Assembly: GCA_020184695.1 (NCBI GenBank)
Contig: JAANOX010000218.1
Coordinates: 248,001 to 312,000 of the forward strand
Length of the DNA: 64,000 bases
Reading direction: 5' to 3'
Source: Histomonas meleagridis 2922-C6/04-290x
Lineage: Eukaryota > Protista > Parabasalia
The translations under genes were made by a program, and so were the position numbers. The notes below the pieces were generated by a model, which searched no databases, was not told the origin of the DNA, and saw only the letters and a program-made list of their open reading frames with translations. This document shows positions 23,542-35,492 of the stretch, piece after piece; within the stretch, counting starts at the first letter, position 1, and every line of letters starts with the position of its first letter.

Positions 23542-23609
23542 TTCTGCAACAACACGGTTTATTGAAAAAGTGACAAGCTTATACTCCAAATGCAGCTGCA
23601 CGATATTGG

Positions 23610-23962
23610 TTTTCAACATTCTCATGCCTGGGAAGAGGAACAATTTATTTTAAAACGCAATCCATTCACGAACTCTTTAACAGGGTTTTCCTCCATTTTT
23701 TTCATTCATTTCCAATTTTAATCATAAAATAAATCTGTGATTAATTTTCTATCATAATTAATTTCGAATTTTGGAATGGGTTGCGTTTTTTATTACTTAA
23801 TTATTTTATTGTCTTCTCATTTTAATAAAATAAAACTCATTAATGATCCTCGCCCAACATGTATCGTAAGATATTCTGTGAAACTAATGAATGGTGTGTA
23901 CGCATAGCTATTGAAAAATTTATTTCGAATTCTAGTACTTCCACAAAATAAGGAGCTCAAAC
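23610..23962. repeat. Segmental duplication copy B (left part; continues at 26052 after the transposon)
   Basis: See copy A. Confidence 0.8.
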
Positions 23963-26051
23963 AGAGGGGGTGACAATCACGTCAGACGATCATATCATAT
24001 TCATTTTCGATCAACGATAAAGACACTTTTCCCATAAAAAGTCAAAAAAATTCTTTGAACACCGATTATTTAGAATTCAAATAACCGTATTTTCATTCAA
24101 TATTTGAATATATGTCTATGTAAACTTTTCAATATTTTATTACAAACCTCACTTCGAATTCAAAATATTGTTAGCAAAACGATGAACTTTGACGGTTGTG
24201 AGGATGATGTAAATCATTCAAAAAGTTCGATACATAGAAAAGGTGAAAAACACGATTAAAAATAATTGTAAAATGAAAATTGTGTTGCTATCGTAAAATT
24301 CTAAAAACAACAATTTTGCAAAATTGTCTTCACCAAATTTCAAATAAATTCATTGCAATGTTTCACATTTTTAGTGGATTATTCTTTTGAATTTATATTC
24401 TGATAAATCAGGTAAACAATTCTGAAAAGCTATTTTTCATAATTTTTACAGGAACGAAATGTCTTCGATTTTGTCAATATGTTTTCAAGCATTTACGCTC
24501 TGCAAATTTCAATTTAAATGAACAAAAAATGTTCGGTATGTTTCATATAAACAGATTTTTCACAAAATTTTCATGGTAACCTTATATTTTCAAGTTTTCC
24601 ATCATTATATGTTTAAATTACACTCAGAGTGAAAATTCTGCAATAAAAGAAAATTTAAAGACAAAAAATAGACACATAGATTGACATTTTATTTTAGAAA
24701 GTGAAATTGATAAATTCAAAGACAAATCAACAAAAATGGAGATAAAAGATTGAATTCAATCTTATTAATTTTCTTATTTTCAAACAAAAATAGTTTTAAT
24801 AAAAAAATAATTTATTTTACTTTTTTATTTATTTTTTTCATTAAAATTGGTTTATTTGTTTATGTGAAATGAAATTTTTTAATGGATTTAATCCACCTGT
24901 TGCTACTATTCCTAACTTTCGAGTTGAGACAAATTGATTCGAAGGACTGGGTTGCGAAAATTCATCCTCAAAGAAAATGTATTCATTGTCCTGGAAAGAA
25001 AATGGGAATAAATGAATAAATGTAAAAAATTCAAAATATTATGAAAATAACTTGAGCATGAATTCAATCGAATTTCCGAAAGCATTCATTATTTTCTGAT
25101 TTTTTTGTGGTTTGAGAATTACACCGCTTGAGAATAATCTTTTTGGAACTTGAATATTTATCTCAAGATTATTGCACAATTCTTCAAACACTAAATCTTG
25201 TATCAATGCCCATGCAAACACGTCAGAACGGTTATCACCATGGGATATTTATTAGTTGATTCAAATGTTCAATTGAACCGTCGAATATATCATTTGAAAT
25301 ATTAAATTTTTCAAGATAATTTTTACGATATCTTTGAACCGTCCTGAAACAAGGCAAATCAAATATTTGGCGCAAAATTGAATACCAATTTTTGCCAACA
25401 AAACTAATGATTGTGAGAATATCACAAATTTGAACTGGATAATTATTTCTCCTTTTTGTGCTATTTTGAATCAAATTTTGATATAAAACATCAAATAGTT
25501 TGTTGGTTGTTGTTCTTATAAATAATAATTCTTTTTGTTCTTTGTTTAATTCTTCGATTTGATTATTGTAATCTTTTAAATTTAATAACAATTGGTGATT
25601 TTCTTTCTTCAGTTTGCAAATTTGCATTTTCAATCGATTATAATCGTCAAAAAAATTTTCAATGGACTGTTTTCCTTTTTGAATCGAAGATAAATTTTCC
25701 AAAAGAAATTGTTTCTCCTGTTCGATTTTGGCGTTTACTGAATTAAGATGTGTATTTGCACTTCGAAGCTGAGACACCAATAAATGTAATTTGTTGTTCT
25801 CTTGTAAAAGTGCCTGATTTTTTTGATTCAAAAAATTTAAATGTTCATTTAAACATCGAATTTCATTCAAAAGCTCATGAATTTTTGAAGCCTGACCTTC
25901 GAGAATTGAATTTTGTTTTCTGTATATGTTTTGTACTTGAATCTTCTTTCTAGAAGCTTCCATTTTGATAAAATACAATTGATTTTGACTGACTAGTTTA
26001 TGAAAAGTGCAACTTGATCGTTTTTTATTCAAATGGATTGTCACCCCCTCT
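23963..26051 (-). mobile_element. DNA transposon, P-element/THAP9-like, degenerate
   Basis: Perfect 16-bp terminal inverted repeats AGAGGGGGTGACAATC (23963-23978) / GATTGTCACCCCCTCT (26036-26051); flanks GCTCAAAC (23955-23962) and GCTCGAAC (26052-26059) form an 8-bp TSD with 1 mismatch; empty paralogous site at about 21711-21770. Confidence 0.85.
25000..25963 (-). pseudogene. P-element-like transposase remnant
   Basis: ATG at 25963; a coiled coil, then 'YPVQICDILTIISFVGKNWYSILRQIFDLPCFRTVQRYR', resembling the Y..LR...LP..TL..W motif of P-element/THAP9 transposases; stops from 25235 onward, then 'VCMGID' where the first catalytic Asp would sit. Confidence 0.65.
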
Positions 26052-26470
26052 GCTCGAACATAAAAATCTATTTGTATCGTTTCTATTTAATGTGATTTGA
26101 ATGAAATTAAATATATTGAAATTGCATTTTATATATAATAAATATTTTAAAGCTTTATTCAAATGTGTAAATAAAATTTACTATTCAACTGGACTCAATT
26201 ATAAACATTAATCATAAGTGCTATTTCATTCAAATTGTTTCCAAATATGATTTCAAAATTTTAAATTAACGAAACAAATATTAAATAAAACATTGCATTA
26301 AAGAAACTTAAGGGTATTACGAAAACTAACCCCTCATGAAAAATTTCATAAAATACTTATAACAAAAATTATCAAAGAATTATAATGATCACTCACAAAA
26401 ATATGAAAAAAATAAAATTTAGAGAATTCGAGATTTATTAATGATTTATATCGCATATGATTCAATCGAA

Positions 26471-28048
26471 TTATAACCATTGATCACTTTCTTTAAGAAT
26501 GAAATCTTTAAATTCTTTGTTGATAACTTCTGTATTACCTTCAGACGAACTTATTGTAGTCATTTCTGTATGTGTATTCGAATTTCCTTTTTGTTTGCGT
26601 TGAATTAAAAAGAGAACAAGTCCAATCATAAGTAATACGATGATTACTGCTCCACAGATAATACCAATTAACGCACTTCGCGGAAATGAATCATTTTCGT
26701 GTAAATCATATTGAAGTATTGTGTAAAAATTAGAATAATACACATAATACGTCGAATATTGATAAGGAATATATTCATATGTAATAAATTCAGAATAAAT
26801 ATAATAATATGTAGAGTGAATTAATGTGATACTAATCGAATTCGTAATAATCGATTTAGAAATTATGGTTTGTGTAATGGAATGCGTGGAAATTATCGTA
26901 TGAACAAATGTTCCATCGAAATGGAATGAATTAGAAAGTAAATTTAAAGATGAAAATGAATAAGTGAATGAATTCGAATTAGTAAATATATTTGATTTAG
27001 AAAATGTATATGATATTGTAAAAACATTTGATTTAGTAAATGTATTTGATTTAGTGAATGTATTTGATTTAGTGAATGTATTTGATTTAGTGAATGTATT
27101 TGATTTAGTGAATGTATTTGATTTAGTGAATGTATTTGATTTAGTAAATGTATTTGATTTAGTAAATGTATTTGATTTAGTACATGTATTTGATTTAGAA
27201 AATGTATTTGATATTGTAAAAACATTTGATTTAGTGAATGTATATGATCGGGTAAATATATTTGATTGTGTAAAAGTATGAGTTGTTAATGAAATGCATC
27301 CTTCAATGGCTGTTACTTTACAAACTGGTTTTGAGCCAAATGTATCGCTATTATATGAATTTAATGTCTTAACATTCTCTGCAAGTACAGTTTCAAAAAC
27401 ATCTGATCCAAATGTTGGTTCTTTTTCACCACAAAAATAAATAGATTGAATACTTACGCACCCATAAAACACAGAATTTCCAATATTTGTAACCGAAGAT
27501 GGAATTGTAATACTTGTTAATGATGAACAGTATTGAAATGCACGGTTTCCAATCGTTCTGACATTATCGTGGATTATTATTGATAATAAACTCATACAAC
27601 CAGAAAGCATAGTGTTTGAAATTGAAGTCACTAAATTTGGAACTGTAATGCGTGGTAATGATGTACATGATGAAAATGCACCTTCTTCAATTGTTCTTAC
27701 ATTTTCCCCAAAGGTAACCAAACGTAATGAAGAGCATAATATAAATGCATATTCTCCAATAAAAGTAACAGAATTGCCAATTGTTACTGTTTCCAATGAA
27801 TTAAGATAACCAAATGCATAACTTTCAAATGCAGTAACACCAACACCAATTTCAACAGAAGCCAATGAGGAAAATTTTGAAAAAGCATCAGATCCAATTT
27901 TTTCAACACCGCCAATGATTTTAACATGTCTTGCTTCATTATATGTATTTCTTCCATTATATTCATCAGATGTAGTTATATAAAGCGTTCCTGATTCATA
28001 TGTCTCAAATGATTGTTTAAAAAAAAGGGCAAATAAAAGAAAAAGAAT
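26471..28048 (-). CDS. BspA-like LRR surface protein with SNTFTK repeats and a C-terminal TM helix
   Basis: TpLRR repeats (VTIGNSVTFIGEYAF), single TM (ALIGIICGAVIIVLLMIGLVLFLI). The frame is open upstream to a signal-peptide-like ILFLLFALFF starting with ATT at 28048; no in-frame ATG there. Confidence 0.8.
   Translation of the reverse strand: MLFLLFALFFKQSFETYESGTLYITTSDEYNGRNTYNEARHVKIIGGVEKIGSDAFSKFSSLASVEIGVGVTAFESYAFGYLNSLETVTIGNSVTFIGEYAFILCSSLRLVTFGENVRTIEEGAFSSCTSLPRITVPNLVTSISNTMLSGCMSLLSIIIHDNVRTIGNRAFQYCSSLTSITIPSSVTNIGNSVFYGCVSIQSIYFCGEKEPTFGSDVFETVLAENVKTLNSYNSDTFGSKPVCKVTAIEGCISLTTHTFTQSNIFTRSYTFTKSNVFTISNTFSKSNTCTKSNTFTKSNTFTKSNTFTKSNTFTKSNTFTKSNTFTKSNTFTKSNTFTKSNVFTISYTFSKSNIFTNSNSFTYSFSSLNLLSNSFHFDGTFVHTIISTHSITQTIISKSIITNSISITLIHSTYYYIYSEFITYEYIPYQYSTYYVYYSNFYTILQYDLHENDSFPRSALIGIICGAVIIVLLMIGLVLFLIQRKQKGNSNTHTEMTTISSSEGNTEVINKEFKDFILKESDQWL
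26961..27272 (-). repeat. 18-bp coding tandem repeat (SNTFTK)n
   Basis: About 17 units of xSNxFT inside the BspA stalk. Confidence 0.9.
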
Positions 28049-28479
28049 TTTTGAGGTAATAAAAGTTTTGAAACTTGAGTTTTGATATTAATTTCTTAGA
28101 AAAGACAACAAAAAATACAGTAGCCATTTGCATGATTTTGGAAGAGATAATGGTTAAAATTTTTTTTGTAATATTTAAATATTCATCAAGGAAATTAGAA
28201 AAAAGAAAAAATCTTGAATGACAAGTGACATCTAAATGAAGATGTGTGACTGATAAGTGTCGTTGTATTGTGTTAATAAAATGTAACATTAATGGAATTA
28301 TTTAGAATGAACCCGAAAACAGGTTGGTGGTACTTTTTTGAAAAATGCGTATCAAATTTGAGAGCTTTTAAATAGTTTATTTACTGCGTTATGGCCATAT
28401 TTTTTGTGAGTATAACAATCCCAAATCCTATTAAAAAGTGGATTTTTGACTTTTTTATTGTTATTAAGCGAACGTTAAA

Positions 28480-28830
28480 CTGTAAATAGAATAATATGAA
28501 TATTGCCATCAATCCTTCTTGTTCAAGAAGTAATTTCACTATTTCTGTATGGCTATTTTCAGATACTATTAAAAGCGCTGTACGAAATAATTCGAATAGT
28601 TATCAATTCAAATTTTAGAATACCACTATTAAAATGAACACAGTGTGAAACGAAATAATATTTTTAGCATTAATATCAAACCCATTTTTCTCTATACGTA
28701 ATTTAACTATTTCTGTGTATCCCTTTTCAGATGCAGAAAATAATGCTGTTCCATGTGGTTAAAAACAATGAATGTAACAGAACAATAACTCATGTTAATG
28801 GTGTCTTTTTGTTGGAGCAACAATTTTTTT
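28480..28830 (-). pseudogene. Ankyrin cassette fragment paralogous to about 22380-22740
   Basis: EQKDTINMSYCSVTFIVFNHM..TALFSASEKGYTEIVKL...DINAKN, a 78-nt spacer (28582-28659), then TALLIVSENSHTEIVKLLLEQEG; contains frameshifts. Confidence 0.75.
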
Positions 28831-29117
28831 CTCTGGAGATTTTTGTCACATCCTTATAGGGGTGTAAAACGACCGTTTTCTGGAATTTACCATAAAGGAA
28901 TTTATTTTTAATTTCCTCATGAGGAAATTTATAAATGTATAATGAGAAAATTCAAAAATCAGCAGAAAACTTTTCAAATTAGAAGAAATATTTTTCTTAT
29001 TTTTGCTGGTAATAATGAATTATTGTGTTCTTTCGATTGAAATGATATTCTCACATCAACACACACAAAAGATATTTTACAAAAAATTATATGTCTCATA
29101 TATTTATTAAACATTTT

Positions 29118-29984
29118 CTATATGCTCTTTTCGTTACCGATTAACATTGCTTTTATTTCGGCATTTTGATTGATAACTGTTTGCATCATCGAGTTTATTT
29201 CTTCCGAATTTTTTGATGCAACAGTTTCGATGTTTTGGAGCCTTTGCAGAATATTCTGAATGATGGATCTGGTTTCGTTTAGTTCACGCTTTAAAACGAA
29301 GTTCTCATGAAGAAGTTCATTTGCATCTTTCTGAATCAAAAATTTATCTTTAATTATATCATTATTAAGAAGTGTTTTAATTTCTTCTATTGACAAGGCA
29401 GAAAGATCAATAAAGTTGACTAGATTCGCTGCTTTAGATCCATGAATTGAAAGAAGATTTATTAATGCATTAAATAATTTATGATGATCGCGTAAAATGG
29501 ATTTTGGATGCGATAATAATTTATAAATTGTATCCAAAGGAAAAAGAGGAAAAGAGGGAAGTGAAACAATAAAATCAAGATGCGGAGCTAAAATTGATAT
29601 AAACTCATCGTTGTTTTCGCATTCATCTTCTTTTTGAATATTCTCTATAACACTTTGTATATCAGAATCTGTTTCAATCAATTTAATACATTTTTCTCTA
29701 ATAAAATCAACATTCCACTTTTCTGATAATTTAAGAAAATCATAAGCATATTCTTTTTTTACCTCATCTACATTGTGATTTTGTACAGTTTCAATGAAAT
29801 CTATAAATATGGGTGTTGGTGTTTTACCAACAATATTTAATGTTTTTTCTTCATTGAATCCGTAGTTTTTTTGAAACCAATCAGAAGCAATTAAAAGTTT
29901 AAACTTTGAAACTTTTATTTCTGTTTGATTGTATATAATAGTAAAATCTGTATCAAGTGGAGGTGGTGCAATTACTTTTTCCAT
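29118..29984 (-). CDS. BTB/POZ-like domain + coiled-coil protein
   Basis: 'TDFTIIYNQTEIKVSKFKLLIASDWF...LKLSEKWNVDFIREKC' is BTB-like; likely ATG at 29984 (alternative 30011). Confidence 0.75.
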   Translation of the reverse strand: MEKVIAPPPLDTDFTIIYNQTEIKVSKFKLLIASDWFQKNYGFNEEKTLNIVGKTPTPIFIDFIETVQNHNVDEVKKEYAYDFLKLSEKWNVDFIREKCIKLIETDSDIQSVIENIQKEDECENNDEFISILAPHLDFIVSLPSFPLFPLDTIYKLLSHPKSILRDHHKLFNALINLLSIHGSKAANLVNFIDLSALSIEEIKTLLNNDIIKDKFLIQKDANELLHENFVLKRELNETRSIIQNILQRLQNIETVASKNSEEINSMMQTVINQNAEIKAMLIGNEKSI

Positions 29985-30047
29985 TAGCAAAAACAAAATT
30001 TTTATTTTCATTCAATTTTTGTTGATGTGAAGTGGCAATTTACTTCA

Positions 30048-31733
30048 ATGATATCCCAAGAGAAAACTCCTAGAGAAATCAACGTTATCTATACCAAAGT
30101 AGACTATATGCCAGACATAGTCTTTGAGAATGAAACAGTTCCTATCCCAAATACCTCTCTTCCTCAATATATGCGACCATATACTCCAGAACTTCTTGCA
30201 CAAATTTTTAAAGTAATGGGCTGTCAAACACCTTTAAATGTTAGTTTAGCAGAATGGGTTTTTACATTTCTTCGATGTTGTCAACCTGATCAAGCCGCAA
30301 TTATTTTGGGGACTGGTTATAGCAACATTTTTGCCAATCCCAGGAGTTATTCGCATGGTTTTTTAGTACTTACTCGTTTACAATTTCATCGTTTAGTTGT
30401 TGCTGCATTACATGTTCATCAGTACAAAAAGATCAGATACGCAGTTGATTTTCGACTCGCGCTTGATTTCTTTGAAGACAGAAGATTCTTTATTGTACTA
30501 CTCAGTGGTGCTCCGGGTACAGGAAAATCCACAATTGCGTCTTTACTTGCGAGTCGACTTCCTTGCAATTACATTTTATCAACAGATTCTGTTCGACATG
30601 CAATGCGATCATTTTATTCACAAGAAGAATACCCTATTCTTTATAAATCCACATACGAATGTGGTGATCTTATTGATCCTGAACATCAACTCCCAGAAAA
30701 AGAAAGAGTATGTTTTTTTTAATTGGGAATTTCGAAAAAAGTTTTTTACGGTTTTGTGAGGTGCCCCAATAACGATTCTATTGTTTATGCAAAACTGCAA
30801 TCTACTTTGGTTCGAAATCCCAATTTTCATATAATTTTCTAACCACAGTGTATTAAAGGATATCTAGCACAATCGGAACTAGTTGGCCAGCAACTTATTA
30901 AGATCATTTCTTCATTTGTTCAATCACGTGCATCTCTAATTATTGAAGGTGTGCATCTCAATTCTGAACTTATGATTAAGTTTGCTAAGCAGTTTCCGAA
31001 TGTTATACCTTTCTTAATCTATATTAAGAAAGAAGAATTTCACATCCAACGATTTGCAGTTCGAGCAAAATATATGACAACAGACCCTTCCATGAACAAG
31101 TACACACGAAACTTTGCCGCCATTAGGCACGTTCAATCTCATCTTTCTGAATGTGCCACACGATTTCTAATTCCAAAGATTGACAATCGCAATATTGATC
31201 GATCGATGGAAACAATGCACCAAACCATATTTTCTTATCTAAAGAAGCTCAAAGGACGAGATTCTATGTATGATCCTGAAACTGGTCGATTAACATTTCT
31301 TGCCAGTATATGGAAACGTCGCAAGCAAAAGACTACATCTAAATCCAAAACATTATCCAGCATTCAGTCGTTAAAGAATGAAGTTTTAAAACAACAAGAT
31401 AATACTCCACCATCTGATGCAGCCATGAAAGAATTACTTGCTGCATTACCAGTTGAATCCGGTATATTTAATAGTGATGATATGGATGGGGATGTAATCC
31501 AATATTTGCCAAATGGCACAATGATGGTAAAAACAAGTAAGCAAACAGAAGAAGTAGTTAATAAGCCAACGTCAAAAAGAAAAGTAGAAAAAATGGCACC
31601 AGGAGATTTCGTGGAAACTGAAACAGAAACTGACATCGCCGAGGTGACGTTAACGGACTTCATGGAAACGACCGATACCGAAAGTGACATAAAGTTCTCA
31701 ATGAACGGTTATCATCAATTTGTTAAAGAATAA
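30048..31733 (+). CDS. P-loop kinase, 2-phosphoglycerate-kinase-like; two exons 30048-30707 and 30849-31733
   Basis: Walker A SGAPGTGKST, 'LSTDSVRH', 'IIEGVH', 'HIQRFAVR'; removing intron 30708-30848 joins ...EKER|CIKGYLAQ... in frame. Confidence 0.85.
30708..30848 (+). other. Canonical parabasalid-type spliceosomal intron (141 nt, phase 0)
   Basis: 5' GTATGT; 3' fused branch/acceptor TTCTAACCACAG; removal restores one ORF. Confidence 0.9.
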
Positions 31734-32679
31734 AATTTGACCATGTCAACCCTCCTTTGTTTGTTTTTGGTTAAATAATATTTAATTGTATGCGTAAAAT
31801 CAAAATTCGTTTGTGATGATATTTCTTGAAGTTGTTCGATTTCATCATTTCGTATTTGCGAGTTCATTTGGATTAACGCAGTCTTCAATTAATTGCTTAT
31901 TAAGCAAAATCATTCTTTGAAAGTTCTTCATAATTCTCATAAATGTAATCATCATAAAATTTATGACATTACCATTTATCTTCATCCGATATAATTTATT
32001 TATTTTACCTTGAACAGAGTCTGTGAGGTAATTCTGTATCTGGTTATATTATATTATTTTTTATCATTTTCTTTCTCAAGAAGATAATCTGAAAGATCTT
32101 TCAGATATAACAAAATACACAAAAACATGCTTAAGCGTTGAAGTTTTCCCCACTCATTCGGAGGTGTATTATTTCAACCATTAGGAAAAAAATCAAAGAT
32201 GACAAAGAATTCATTCATGAATCTGGCACTGATTTGAAAATTTAAATTTAAGCAAGTTGAATATTTTGAACATGTTGAACTTGAACAAACGGAGCCTCAT
32301 ATTTTAATTGAATTAGCTTAAGAACGTGAAAAATTCCTATTTTCAATAAATTCAACTAACTTTGATCAATATTGATCAAAGCCATTCACAAATTTATAAT
32401 CATTTTTAGAACACATTTCATTGACATTCGATAGCAATGTTAAAATATTCATCGACTTAAAATCTTCAACGTCATACCGCCTATCGAATAAATTGATTTC
32501 CAATGAGTACAATTGATAATAAGTCCAATGATACAAATAATTCATTTCATTGTCACTCTTCACATCGCTTAATAAGTTTACGGATGACGTACTTCACCCA
32601 AAACAACATAATTTCATAGTGCGACAAATATCACAAGAATTCTGATTTTAAATCGTTTTTATGTTGGTTGACAAATTGC

Positions 32680-33977
32680 TTAACCAATTACATTCTCCAT
32701 TTTGAATCCCTCGAGCATCTTTTGCGTTTCAGCAGATATCAAGTGCGGGTCTTCATATGAAATATTTGGCTTTTCGATAGTAAATTGCAAATCGAATTGT
32801 GTCAGTAGCGTTATTCAATGTTGGCACCCACTCTGGAACAGCCTTCAACAAGATCTGATCCCAATCGACGGTATCAAAAAATGGATGTTTTTTCACCTCT
32901 TCTACATCTGTAGGTCCTGACCCAAGTCTTCTTTCTGGGTCACATTGCAACAGCTTGGTTATAAAATCGATGATCTCCATCTATTTTGAAACTCAATAGG
33001 ATCATTTAATATTGAGTCATACATTGCGTTAGTATTCGAGTTAAAGAATGGTGGACGCCCATAGAACATTTCATATGTTATAATCCCAAGTGACCACCAA
33101 TCTACAGCTTTCCCATAAGGTCTGGATTGGATAATTTCTGGCGCAATATAGTCGGGCGTACCACAAAACGTTTTTGCAGTGGCATCTTTTTGGTTCATTT
33201 TGTCTTTTGCTAAGCCAAAATCTGTGATTTTAAGATACCCATCTTTATCAAACAAAATGTTTTCTGACTTTAAATCACGATGTACAATGCCTATAGAATG
33301 CAAATACCCAATTGCTAATGTTAATTGGGCAACATATAACATTACGCGATATTCAGAAAACCTTTGTTCTTGCTGAATTCGGGTAAAAAGATCACCACCA
33401 GGGACATACTCCATGCCAAAAATAACTTTGAATCTGATTGAAATGAATAACATGCTGATGTAACAAATGGGTGATTAACTTTGATTAATGTGTTTCTCTC
33501 TGTAGGAGTTTTTTGTATAAGGTTTTGTTGAGCTAAAACCTTTTTGGATAATGATTTTAGTGCATAAATCTCTCTCTTTCATTATGTTTAACTAATTGAA
33601 TTTTTCCATATGAACCTCAACCAATGACCTTAAGGATAGTAAAGTCACTGAGCTTTATATCGGTTTTCCTTGAACCTTATCTAGCAAGTACAATAGCTTT
33701 ATACCATTCTAATGCTTCGCGTTCTGTAGAAAATATAATTGTATTATCTTTCTTACTATCACGTATTAAAATAGCTTTTGTATTTTTCTTTTTGGCATTA
33801 AATACTATTTCTTCTACTTCTGTTAACTTAATACACTTAATATTTTTATCTCCTGGTTTTTTTGCAATAATGAAGTTCATCGCCTTCTAGCACAAACCAG
33901 CGCTTATTACGAGCCTTGATAAAACCACCAACTTTACTAGCATAACCTTGTTTAGCAACACCGTCTTGATAACTCAT
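32680..33977 (-). pseudogene. PH + AGC (Akt/PKB-like) kinase pseudogene
   Basis: MSYQDGVAKQGYASKVGG..KRWFVL (PH); G*GSYG with TGA at 33619-33617; TAA at 33677; HRDLKSEN, DFG, TFCGTPDYIAPE, DWWSLG; at least 3 frameshifts. Confidence 0.9.
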
Positions 33978-34322
33978 TTCCTCAGGTGAAATATTTGATT
34001 GAAACTCCCCACATCCAAAAAACAATACTTATTTAATCTAAAATAGTTACTTTATGGTACAAATCAATCATTCGTTCACCAGAAAAGCATAAAAATATAT
34101 CTAATATTTTAAGCCTCCAATTTTTTTTAGAATTTGAAAATCAAAACTAATTTTTCATCAATCAAATGATAAAACACAAAATTTCCAGGAAAGGAATGGA
34201 CCTAAATCCAAAAAAGCAAATAGATTTTACATATTTTATGAAAACGTAAAAGTTTATTTGAACTGCATCAGCAAAAAATAGAAAAACAAATAATGAAGAA
34301 ATTACCATATTTGTCGACTAAA

Positions 34323-34886
34323 TCAAATTTGTTTTTGGAATGTTTCTGTCCTAGATGAGATGCTTCCATCTTTTTCAAGTGTGTAAATTGTTGCATTTGC
34401 AATATATCCAAGAATCTCAAGAATAATGAAAGACGGTGGTGGATTTTCATATGTGGAATTAAACGCACCAGTTGCAGTGCCTGGATCAATTACATGGAAA
34501 TCTTGAATTTTTTTAATAGATGCATTATGTGACCCACCAATAACAACAATATCAGCATCGTATTCACGCTGTTTCATACAAATCATAGATTCAGAAAAAG
34601 CAAGATAGCTACTTAATAAAATAACTCTAAAAGAACCAATTGTAAACGCTTCGATTTCCTTAAGATTTTGCAAATCTACCGGGTCAAGTTCACCATGAAC
34701 CATATGTATTTTTTTACATATCATCTTGAGAAGCTTATTCTCGCTTTGACATAAATTTCCAGTACACCAAATTTGTTTGATATTTTGCTGCTTATTTGTG
34801 GTTGATTTGATCTTGTCAATAAAAGCATCTGGTATTTTTGATGCTCTGTTTGGAATGTGAAAGTCTCCAATAATCAATACTTTCAT
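34323..34886 (-). CDS. VPS29: Retromer subunit Vps29 (divergent paralog)
   Basis: 'MKVLIIGDFHIP.RA..IP..F', 'CTGNL', 'DPGTATGAF', 'PSFIIL'. Confidence 0.85.
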   Translation of the reverse strand: MKVLIIGDFHIPNRASKIPDAFIDKIKSTTNKQQNIKQIWCTGNLCQSENKLLKMICKKIHMVHGELDPVDLQNLKEIEAFTIGSFRVILLSSYLAFSESMICMKQREYDADIVVIGGSHNASIKKIQDFHVIDPGTATGAFNSTYENPPPSFIILEILGYIANATIYTLEKDGSISSRTETFQKQI

Positions 34887-35063
34887 GTTTGTCACTTTTA
34901 TAGCTCGTCCAAAAAGAATTCGGGCGGTTATTTCACTGCAGCCGATTTGTTTTTGAATGATTTTTGGTGCACCAACGCTCAGAATTAACTATCGTTCTAG
35001 AAAACAAGAAAAAAAAATAATTTTGTCCAAGCAAATTTAAACAAATAAAATTTTTAGTCATCT

Positions 35064-35492
35064 TTAGGAAAGTGCGTTCTGCATTTCTTCCTCGAATTGT
35101 TTTTCTGACAAATTTTGTAGGAATAATCTTAATTTATTTTTAAGATCAGTTTCTGTATAATTTCTCTGGAGCCATTGATAAATTTCTTCCATATCCATAT
35201 TTTCTTGAAGAGGTTCATCACTGATTGATATAATAAATTGTTTTAAGATTTGAATTGGTGGAGTTTTTAAAGAATTAAATTCCTCAAATGTATGGTTAAT
35301 TTCACTTGAAATATCATTTGCTTCCTCAATTTTTTCGTTTGAGGTGGAATTTTTCGACATTCCTCTAATAGTTTCGTTAATTAATCTTGTCATTGATTCG
35401 CGTGCTTTGTTTTCCAGAACTTCATTACCATCGCAAATTTTCATTATTTCTGTTATTGTTGCTAAAATATTGCTTAGTGAATTGGAGTTCAT
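35064..35492 (-). CDS. Hypothetical protein
   Basis: 142-aa ATG ORF, no recognised motif. Confidence 0.55.
   Translation of the reverse strand: MNSNSLSNILATITEIMKICDGNEVLENKARESMTRLINETIRGMSKNSTSNEKIEEANDISSEINHTFEEFNSLKTPPIQILKQFIISISDEPLQENMDMEEIYQWLQRNYTETDLKNKLRLFLQNLSEKQFEEEMQNALS

Noticed and set aside
26944-27281. ORFs LNQIHS... and FDLVNV...
   Set aside because: Alternative frames of the 18-bp SNTFTK repeat.
31900-32600. Fragmentary ORF 32366-32563 and surrounding coding-like sequence
   Set aside because: Probably a decayed gene, but I cannot recognise the family or set boundaries.
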